Source: Callorhinchus milii
Taxonomy: Eukaryota
Direction of reading: 5' to 3'
Assembly: GCF_018977255.1 (NCBI RefSeq)
Contig: NW_024704742.1
Location: forward strand, 91,266,001-91,330,000
DNA: 64,000 bases
The position numbers and the translations under genes are program-made. The notes under the pieces were generated by a model, which saw only the letters and a program-made list of their open reading frames with translations, had not been told where the DNA came from and did not search any database. Numbering within the stretch: position 1 is the stretch's first letter; the number at the start of each line of letters is the position of its first letter. Shown piece by piece: positions 23,930-34,745 of the stretch.

Positions 23930-26900
23930 AAGTGTATGCTTATACTCACTTACTGTGAGTATATATATAATTATATGAAGTGTGTGCTTATACTTACTCT
24001 TACTGTGTGTATATGTGTATATATAATTGTATATAGTGTAGTGTTTATACTCACTCTCAGTGTATATATAATTGTATATAGTGTAGTGTTTATACTCACT
24101 CTCAATGTATATATATAATTGTATGTAGTGTATGTTTATACTCACTCTCAGTGTATATATATATTTGTATGGAGTGTATGTTTATACTCACTCTCAGTGT
24201 ATATATATATTTGTATATAGTGTATGTTTATACTCACTCTCAGTATATATATATATATAAATTGGATATAGTGTAGTGTTTATACTCACTCTCAGTGTAT
24301 ATATAATTGTATATAGTGTATGGTTATACTTACTCTGTGTATATAGTGTAGGTTTATACTCACTCTCAGTATATATATAGTGTACGTTTATTCTCAATCT
24401 CAGTGTGCATATATAGTGTATATAGTGTATGTTTATACTCACTCTCATTGTACATATAGTGTATATAGTGTAGGTTTATACTCACTCTCAGTGTATATAT
24501 AGTGTACGTGTTTACTCACTCAGTGTATATGTAGTGTATATAATGTATGTTTATGCTCACTCTCAGCATATATAGTGTACATTGTGTGGGTTTATACTCA
24601 CTCTCAGTGTATATATAGTGTACATAGTGTATGTTTATACTCACTCTCAATGTGTGTATATATAGTGTACAGTGTGGGGGTTACACTCACTCTCAGTATA
24701 TATAGTGTGTACACTGTGGGGTTATACTCACTCTCAGTGTGTGTGTGTACTGTGGGGTTATACTCACTCTCAGTGTGTGTACACTGTGGGGTTATACTCA
24801 CTCTCAGTGTGTGTGTACACTGTGGGGGTTATACTCACTCTCAGTGTGTGTACACTGTGGGGGTTATACTCACTCTCAGTGTGTGTGTACACTGTGGGGT
24901 TATACTCACTCTCAGTGTGTGTGTACTGTGGGGGTTATACTCACTCTCAGTGTGTGTACACTGTGGGGGTTATACTCACTCTCAGTGTGTGTGTACACTG
25001 TGGGGGTTATACTCACTCTCAGTGTGTGTGTACACTGTGGGGGTTATACTCACTCTCAGTGTGTGTGTACACTGTGGGGGTTATACTCACTCTCAGTGTG
25101 TGTACACTGTGGGGGTTATACTCACTCTCAGTGTGTGTGTACACTGTGGGGGTTATACTCACTCTCAGTGTATATATAGTGTGTACACTGTGGGGTTATA
25201 CTCACTCTCAGTGTGTGTGTACTGTGGGGTTATACTCACTCTCAGTGTGTGTGTACTGTGGGGTTATACTCACTCTCAGTGTGTGTACACTGTGGGGTTA
25301 TACTCACTCTCAGTGTGTGTGTACACTGTGGGGTTATACTCACTCTCAGTGTGTGTACACTGTGGGGTTATACTCACTCTCAGTGTGTGTGTACTGTGGG
25401 GGTTATACTCACTCTCAGTGTGTGTGTACACTGTGGGGTTATACTCACTCTCAGTGTGTGTGTACACTGTGGGGGTTATACTCACTCTCAGTGTGTGTGT
25501 ACACTGTGGGGGTTATACTCACTCTCAGTGTGTGTACACTGTGGGGTTATACTCACTCTCAGTGTGTGTGTACACTGTGGGGGTTATACTCACTCTCAGT
25601 GTATATATATATATATAAATTGGATATAGTGTAGTGTTTATACTCACTCTCAGTGTATATATAATTGTATATAGTGTATGGTTATACTTACTCTGTGTAT
25701 ATAGTGTAGGTTTATACTCACTCTCAGTATATATATAGTGTACGTTTATTCTCAATCTCAGTGTGCATATATAGTGTATATAGTGTATGTTTATACTCAC
25801 TCTCATTGTACATATAGTGTATATAGTGTAGGTTTATACTCACTCTCAGTGTATATATAGTGTACGTGTTTACTCACTCAGTGTATATGTAGTGTATATA
25901 ATGTATGTTTATGCTCACTCTCAGCATATATAGTGTACATTGTGTGGGTTTATACTCACTCTCAGTGTATATATAGTGTACATAGTGTATGTTTATACTC
26001 ACTCTCAATGTGTGTATATATAGTGTACAGTGTGGGGGTTACACTCACTCTCAGTATATATAGTGTGTACACTGTGGGGTTATACTCACTCTCAGTGTGT
26101 GTGTGTACTGTGGGGGTTATACTCACTCTCAGTGTGTGTACACTGTGGGGTTATACTCACTCTCAGTGTGTGTGTACACTGTGGGGTTATACTCACTCTC
26201 AGTGTGTGTACACTGTGGGGGTTATACTCACTCTCAGTGTGTGTGTACACTGTGGGGGTTATACTCACTCTCAGTGTGTGTGTACTGTGGGTTATACTCA
26301 CTCTCAGTGTGTGTGTACTGTGGGGTTATACTCACTCTCAGTGTGTGTACACTGTGGGGGTTATACTCACTCTCAGTGTGTGTGTACACTGTGGGGTTAT
26401 ACTCACTCTCAGTGTGTGTGTACTGTGGGGGTTATACTCACTCTCAGTGTGTGTGTACACTGTGGGGTTATACTCACTCTCAGTGTGTGTGTACACTGTG
26501 GGGTTATACTCACTCTCAGTGTGTGTGTACACTGTGGGGGTTATACTCACTCTCAGTGTGTGTGTACACTGTGGGGGTTATACTCACTCTCAGTGTGTGT
26601 ACACTGTGGGGGTTATACTCACTCTCAGTGTGTGTGTACACTGTGGGGGTTATACTCACTCTCAGTGTATATATAGTGTGTACACTGTGGGGTTATACTC
26701 ACTCTCAGTGTGTGTGTACTGTGGGGTTATACTCACTCTCAGTGTGTGTGTACTGTGGGGTTATACTCACTCTCAGTGTGTGTACACTGTGGGGTTATAC
26801 TCACTCTCAGTGTGTGTACACTGTGGGGTTATACTCACTCTCAGTGTGTGTGTACACTGTGGGGTTATACTCACTCTCAGTGTGTGTACACTGTGGGGTT

Positions 26901-29900
26901 ATACTCACTCTCAGTGTGTGTGTACACTGTGGGGTTATACTCACTCTCAGTGTGTGTACACTGTGGGGTTATACTCACTCTCAGTGTGTGTGTACTGTGG
27001 GGTCATACTCACTCTCAGTGTGTGTGTACACTGTGGGGGTTATACTCACTCTCAGTGTGTGTGTACTGTGGGGTTATACTCACTCTCAGTGTGTGTACAC
27101 TGTGGGGTTATACTCACTCTCAGTGTGTGTACACTGTGGGGGTTATACTCACTCTCAGTGTGTGTGTACTGTGGGGTTATACTCACTCTCAGTGTGTGTA
27201 CACTGTGGGGTTATACTCACTCTCAGTGTGTGTACACTGTGGGGTTATACTCACTCTCAGTGTGTGTACACTGTGGGGTTATACTCACTCTCAGTGTGTG
27301 TACACTGTGGGGTTATACTCACTCTCAGTGTGTGTGTACTGTGGGGTTATACTCACTCTCAGTGTGTGTGTACTGTGGGGTTATACTCACTCTCAGTGTG
27401 TGTGTAACTGTGGGGTTATACTCACTCTCAGTGTGTGTGTACACTGTGGGGTTATACTCACTCTCAGTGTGTGTGTACACTGTGGGGTTATACTCACTCT
27501 CAGTGTGTGTGTACACTGTGGGGTTATACTCACTCTCAGTGTGTGTGTACTGTGGGGTTATACTCACTCTCAGTGTGTGTGTACACTGTGGGGTTATACT
27601 CACTCTCAGTGTGTGTGTACTGTGGGGTTATACTCACTCTCAGTGTGTGTACACTGTGGGGTTATACTCACTCTCAGTGTGTGTGTACACTGTGGGGTTA
27701 TACTCACTCTCAGTGTGTGTGTACACTGTGGGGGTTATACTCACTCTCAGTGTGTGTACACTGTGGGGTTATACTCACTCTCAGTGTGTGTGTACACTGT
27801 GGGGTTATACTCACTCTCAGTGTATATATAGTGTGTACACTGTGGGGTTATACTCACTCTCAGTGTGTGTGTACTGTGGGGTTATACTCACTCTCAGTGT
27901 GTGTACACTGTGGGGTTATACTCACTCTCAGTGTGTGTACACTGTGGGGTTATACTCACTCTCAGTGTGTGTGTACTGTGGGGTTATACTCACACTCAGT
28001 GTGTGTACACTGTGGGGTTATACTCACTCTCAGTGTGTGTGTACTGTGGGGGTTATACTCACTCTCAGTGTGTGTACACTGTGGGGTTATACTCACTCTC
28101 AGTGTGTGTGTACTGTGGGGGTTATACTCACTCTCAGTGTGTGTGTACACTGTGGGGTTATACTCACTCTCAGTGTGTGTACACTGTGGGTTATACTCAC
28201 TCTCAGTGTGTGTACACTGTGGGGTTATACTCACTCTCAGTGTGTGTACACTGTGGGGTTATACTCACTCTCAGTGTGTGTGTACTGTGGGGTTATACTC
28301 ACTCTCAGTGTGTGTGTACTGTGGGGTTATACTCACTCTCAGTGTGTGTACACTGTGGGGTTATACTCACTCTCAGTGTGTGTGTACACTGTGGGGGTTA
28401 TACTCACTCTCAGTGTGTGTACACTGTGGGGTTATACTCACTCTCAGTGTGTGTGTACACTGTGGGGTTATACTCACTCTCAGTGTGTGTGTACTGTGGG
28501 GTTATACTCACTCTCAGTGTGTGTACACTGTGGGGGTTATACTCACTCTCAGTGTGTGTGTACACTGTGGGGGTTATACTCACTCTCAGTGTGTGTGTAC
28601 ACTGTGGGGTTATACTCACTCTCAGTGTGTGTGTACTGTGGGGTTATACTCACTCTCAGTGTGTGTACACTGTGGGGTTATACTCACTCTCAGTGTGTGT
28701 GTACTGTGGGGTTATACTCACTCTCAGTGTGTGTTACACTGTGGGGTTATACTCACTCTCAGTGTGTGTGTACTGTGGGGTTATACTCACTCTCAGTGTG
28801 TGTGTACACTGTGGGGTTATACTCACTCTCAGTGTGTGTGTACTGTGGGGTTATACTCACTCTCAGTGTGTGTGTACACTGTGGGGGTTATACTCACTCT
28901 CAGTGTGTGTGTACTGTGGGGTTATACTCACTCTCAGTGTGTGTACACTGTGGGGTTATACTCACTCTCAGTGTGTGTACACTGTGGGGTTATACTCACT
29001 CTCAGTGTGTGTGTACACTGTGGGGTTATACTCACTCTCAGTGTGTGTACACTGTGGGGTTATACTCACTCTCAGTGTGTGTGTACACTGTGGGGTTATA
29101 CTCACTCTCAGTGTGTGTACACTGTGGGGTTATACTCACTCTCAGTGTGTGTGTACTGTGGGGTCATACTCACTCTCAGTGTGTGTGTACACTGTGGGGG
29201 TTATACTCACTCTCAGTGTGTGTGTACTGTGGGGTTATACTCACTCTCAGTGTGTGTACACTGTGGGGTTATACTCACTCTCAGTGTGTGTACACTGTGG
29301 GGTTATACTCACTCTCAGTGTGTGTGTACTGTGGGGTTATACTCACTCTCAGTGTGTGTACACTGTGGGGGTTATACTCACTCTCAGTGTGTGTACACTG
29401 TGGGGTTATACTCACTCTCAGTGTGTGTACACTGTGGGGTTATACTCACTCTCAGTGTGTGTACACTGTGGGGTTATACTCACTCTCAGTGTGTGTGTAC
29501 TGTGGGGTTATACTCACTCTCAGTGTGTGTGTACTGTGGGGTTATACTCACTCTCAGTGTGTGTGTAACTGTGGGGTTATACTCACTCTCAGTGTGTGTG
29601 TACACTGTGGGGTTATACTCACTCTCAGTGTGTGTGTACACTGTGGGGTTATACTCACTCTCAGTGTGTGTGTACACTGTGGGGTTATACTCACTCTCAG
29701 TGTGTGTGTACTGTGGGGTTATACTCACTCTCAGTGTGTGTGTACACTGTGGGGTTATACTCACTCTCAGTGTGTGTGTACTGTGGGGTTATACTCACTC
29801 TCAGTGTGTGTACACTGTGGGGTTATACTCACTCTCAGTGTGTGTACACTGTGGGGTTATACTCACTCTCAGTGTGTGTGTACCTGTGGGGGTTATACTC

Positions 29901-32900
29901 ACTCTCAGTGTGTGTGTACACTGTGGGGTTATACTCACTCTCAGTGTGTGTTACACTGTGGGGTTATACTCACTCTCAGTGTTTGTGTGTACACTGTGGG
30001 GTTATACTCACTCTCAGTGGTGTGTACTGTGGGGTTATACTCACTCTCAGTGTGTGTGTACTGTGGGTTATACTCACTCTCAGTGTGTGTACACTGTGGG
30101 GTTATACTCACTCTCAGTGTGTGTGTACTGTGGGGTTATACTCACTCTCAGTGTGTGTACACTGTGGGGTTATACTCACTCTCAGTGTGTGTGTACTGTG
30201 GGGTTATACTCACTCTCAGTGTGTGTACACTGTGGGGTTATACTCACTCTCAGTGTGTGTGTACTGTGGGGTTATACTCACTCTCAGTGTGTGTGTACAC
30301 TGTGGGGTTATACTCACTCTCAGTGTGTGTACACTGTGGGGTTATACTCACTCTCAGTGTGTGTACACTGTGGGGTTATACTCACTCTCAGTGTGTGTAC
30401 ACTGTGGGGTTATACTCACTCTCAGTGTGTGTGTACTGTGGGGTTATACTCACTCTCAGTGTGTGTGTACTGTGGGGTTATACTCACTCTCAGTGTGTGT
30501 ACACTGTGGGGTTATACTCACTCTCAGTGTGTTGTCACTGTGGGGGTTATACTCACTCTCAGTGTGTGTACACTGTGGGGTTATACTCACTCTCAGTGTG
30601 TGTGTACACTGTGGGGTTATACTCACTCTCAGTGTGTGTGTACTGTGGGGTTATACTCACTCTCAGTGTGTGTACACTGTGGGGGTTATACTCACTCTCA
30701 GTGTGTGTGTACACTGTGGGGGTTATACTCACTCTCAGTGTGTGTGTACACTGTGGGGTTATACTCACTCTCAGTGTGTGTGTACTGTGGGGTTATACTC
30801 ACTCTCAGTGTGTGTACACTGTGGGGTTATACTCACTCTCAGTGTGTGTGTACTGTGGGGGTTATACTCACTCTCAGTGTGTGTACACTGTGGGGTTATA
30901 CTCACTCTCAGTGTGTGTGTACTGTGGGGGTATACCACTCTCAGTGTGTGTGTACACTGTGGGGTTATACTCACTCTCAGTGTGTGTGTACTGTGGGGTT
31001 ATACTCACTCTCAGTGTGTGTGTACACTGTGGGGGTTATACTCACTCTCAGTGTGTGTGTACTGTGGGGTTATACTCACTCTCAGTGTGTGTACACTGTG
31101 GGGTTATACTCACTCTCAGTGTGTGTACACTGTGGGGTTATACTCACTCTCAGTGTGTGTGTACACTGTGGGGTTATACTCACTCTCAGTGTGTGTACAC
31201 TGTGGGGTTATACTCACTCTCAGTGTGTGTGTACACTGTGGGGTTATACTCACTCTCAGTGTGTGTACACTGTGGGGTTATACTCACTCTCAGTGTGTGT
31301 GTTCTGTGGGGTTATACTCACTCTCAGTGTGTGTGTACTGTGGGGTTATACTCACTCTCAGTGTGTGTACACTGTGGGGTTATACTCACTCTCAGTGTGT
31401 GTGTACTGTGGGGTTATACTCACTCTCAGTGTGTGTACACTGTGGGGTTATACTCACTCTCAGTGTGTGTGTACTGTGGGGTTATACTCACTCTCAGTGT
31501 GTGTGTACTGTGGGGTTATACTCACTCTCAGTGTGTGTGTACTGTGGGGGTTATACTCACTCTCAGTGTGTGTGTACTGTGGGGTTATACTCACTCTCAG
31601 TGTGTGTGTACACTGTTGGGGGTTATACTCACTCTCAGTGTGTGTGTACTGTGGGGTTATACTCACTCTCAGTGTGTGTACACTGTGGGGTTATACTCAC
31701 TCTCAGTGTGTGTACACTGTGGGGTTATACTCACTCTCAGTGTGTGTGTACACTGTGGGGGTTATACTCACTCTCAGTGTGTGTACACTGTGGGTTATAC
31801 TCACTCTCAGTGTGTGTGTACACTGTGGGGTTATACTCACTCTCAGTGTGTGTGTACACTGTGGGGTTATACTCACTCTCAGTGTGTGTGTACTGTGGGG
31901 TTATACTCACTCTCAGTGTGTGTGTACTGTGGGGTTATACTCACTCTCAGTGTGTGTACACTGTGGGGTTATACTCACTCTCAGTGTGTGTACACTGTGG
32001 GGTTATACTCACTCTCAGTGTGTGTGTACTGTGGGGGTATACTCACTCTCAGTGTGTGTACACTGTGGGGTTATACTCACTCTCAGTGTGTGTGTACTGT
32101 GGGGTTATACTCACTCTCAGTGTGTGTGTACACTGTGGGGTTATACTCACTCTCAGTGTGTGTACACTGTGGGGTTATACTCACTCTCAGTGTGTGTACA
32201 CTGTGGGGTTATACTCACTCTCAGTGTGTGTACACTGTGGGGTTATACTCACTCTCAGTGTGTGTACACTGTGGGGTTATACTCACTCTCAGTGTGTGTG
32301 TACTGTGGGGTTATACTCACTCTCAGTGTGTGTGTACTGTGGGGTTATACTCACTCTCAGTGTGTGTACACTGTGGGGTTATACTCACTCTCAGTGTGTG
32401 TGTACACTGTGGGGGTTATACTCACTCTCAGTGTGTGTACACTGTGGGGTTATACTCACTCTCAGTGTGTGTACACTGTGGGGGTTATACTCACTCTCAG
32501 TGTGTGTACACTGTGGGGGTTATACTCACTCTCAGTGTGTGTACACTGTGGGGTTATACTCACTCTCAGTGTGTGTACACTGTGGGGTTATACTCACTCT
32601 CAGTGTGTGTGTACTGTGGGGTTATACTCACTCTCAGTGTGTGTACACTGTGGGGTTATACTCACTCTCAGTGTGTGTACACTGTGGGGTTATACTCACT
32701 CTCAGTGTGTGTACACTGTGGGGTTATACTCACTCTCAGTGTGTGTACACTGTGGGGTTATACTCACTCTCAGTGTGTGTACACTGTGGGGTTATACTCA
32801 CTCTCAGTGTGTGTGTACTGTGGGGTTATACTCACTCTCAGTGTGTGTGTACTGTGGGGTTATACTCACTCTCAGTGTGTGTGTACACTGTGGGGTTATA

Positions 32901-34430
32901 CTCACTCTCAGTGTGTGTGTACTGTGGGGTTATACTCACTCTCAGTGTGTGTGTATTGTGGGGGTTATACTCACTCTCAGTGTGTGTGTACTGTGGGGGT
33001 TATACTCACTCTCAGTGTGTGTGTACACTGTGGGGGTTATACTCACTCTCAGTGTGTGTGTACACTGTGGGGGTTATACTCACTCTCAGTGTGTGTGTAC
33101 ACTGTGGGGTTATACTCACTCTCAGTGTGTGTGTACACTGTGGGGTTATACTCACTCTCCGTGTGTGTGTACTGTGGGGTTATACTCTCTCTCAGTGTGT
33201 GTGTACTGTGGGGTTATACTCACTCTCAGTGTGTGTGTACTGTGGGGTTATACTCACTCTCAGTGTGTGTACACTGTGGGGTTATACTCACTCTCAGTGT
33301 GTGTACACTGTGGGGTTATACTCACTCTCAGTGTGTGTGTACACTGTGGGGTTATACTCACTCTCAGTGTATTATAGTGTGTACACTGTGGGGTTATACT
33401 CACTCTCAGTGTGGTGTACTGTGGGGTTATACTCACTCTCAGTGTGTGTACACTGTGGGGTTATACTCACTCTCAGTGTGTGTACTGTGGGGTTATACTC
33501 ACTCTCAGTGTGTGTGTACACTGTGGGGTTATACTCACTCTCAGTGTGTGTACACTGTGGGGTTATACTCACTCTCAGTGTGTGTACACTGTGGGGTTAT
33601 ACTCACTCTCAGTGTGTGTACACTGTGGGGTTATACTCACTCTCAGTGTGTGTACACTGTGGGGTTATACTCACTCTCAGTGTGTGTGTACTGTGGGGTT
33701 ATACTCACTCTCAGTGTGTGTACACTGTGGGGGTTATACTCACTCTCAGTGTGTGTGTACTGTGGGGTTATACTCACTCTCAGTGTGTGTACACTGTGGG
33801 GTTATACTCACTCTCAGTGTGTGTGTACACTGTGGGGGTTATACTCACTCTCAGTGTGTGTACACTGTGGGGGTTATACTCACTCTCAGTGTGTGTGTAC
33901 TGTGGGGGTTATACTCACTCTCAGTGTGTGTGTACTGTGGGGTTATACTCACTCTCAGTGTGTGTACACTGTGGGGTTATACTCACTCTCAGTGTGTGTG
34001 TACACTGTGGGGTTATACTCACTCTCAGTGTGTGTGTACTGTGGGGGTTATACTCACTCTCAGTGTGTGTACACTGTGGGGGTTATACTCACTCTCAGTG
34101 TGTGTACACTGTGGGGGTTATACTCACTCTCAGTGTGTGTACACTGTGGGGTTATACTCACTCTCAGTGTGTGTACACTGTGGGGGTTATACTCACTCTC
34201 AGTGTGTGTGTACACTGTGGGGTTATACTCACTCTCAGTGTGTGTGTACTGTGGGGTTATACTCACTCTCAGTGTGTGTGTACACTGTGGGGTTATACTC
34301 ACTCTCAGTGTGTGTGTACTGTGGGGGTTATACTCACTCTCTGTGTGTGTGTATTGTGGGGTTATACTCACTCTCAGTGTGTGTACACTGTGGGGTTATA
34401 CTCACTCTGTGTGTGTGTACTGTGGGGGTT
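23930..34430. repeat. ~10.5 kb minisatellite, unit ~GTTATACTCACTCTCAGTGTGTGT(GT)AC(AC)TGTGGG(G), 34-37 bp, roughly 270 GT-rich copies plus AT-rich degenerate copies
   Basis: Direct reading; copy number is estimated from length. AT-rich variants at 23930-24700 and 25600-26070 share the core TATACTCACTCTCAGTGT. Confidence 0.98.
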
Positions 34431-34745
34431 CCTCACGCGCTCTCAGTTCTCCGCTTCAGTTTAAAATGTAACCGACGCTCCTCTTCCGCCAAACAAACGG
34501 TCATTTCCGCTCTCGCGGAGCAAACCGCCGCTTCCGATTGGTGAGCGCGTCGCTCCTCTGTGACGCCATCCGCCGCCTGTGGCGGGGAGGGGGAGGGGGA
34601 CGCGAGCCGGTCGCCAGGGGTAACCGGCGGCGGCTGCTGCGCACGCGCCGTGTCCTGGGCCAAGTGATTGACAGTGGCTCCGCACGCGCCAAAGACCCGC
34701 TCCACACAATGGGGAGGGCGGGAAGCTGCAGCTCTGCTCACTGTT
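34430..34745. promoter_or_regulatory. CpG-island promoter of CCDC171
   Basis: GC- and CpG-dense patch in AT-rich DNA. Contains CCAAT (minus, 34537-34541), ETS-like CTTCCG/TTTCCG sites, CRE-like TGACGCCA (34561), an RFX X-box match (34610-34624), GCGCACGCGC motifs and a GGGCGG box near 34716. Confidence 0.8.
34437..34520 (-). other. CCDC171: Probable non-coding exon 1 of CCDC171 (5' end approximate)
   Basis: Lies in the only CpG island upstream of the coding exons and ends at a gcgc|GTGAGg donor (GT at 34436-34435). The TSS cannot be determined from sequence. Confidence 0.55.

Noticed and set aside
23930..34430. CRISPR-like appearance of a ~35-bp repeat
   Set aside because: Units are contiguous with no unique spacers, there are no cas genes, and the context is vertebrate.
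24700..34430. Analogy to the human C9orf72 GGGGCC intron-1 expansion and G-quadruplexes
   Set aside because: The array is in CCDC171, downstream of C9orf72, whose intron 1 is outside the window. The unit is unrelated, and the G-runs are ~30 nt apart, too far for canonical G4.
24575..34544. Giant ORFs (2813, 1980, 1622 aa) of repeating WGYTHSQCVC/VGLYSLSVCV/CGVILTLSVC
   Set aside because: The minisatellite unit has no stop codon in any + frame. All three frames are open, indels shift frame freely, and the ORFs are antisense to an intron.
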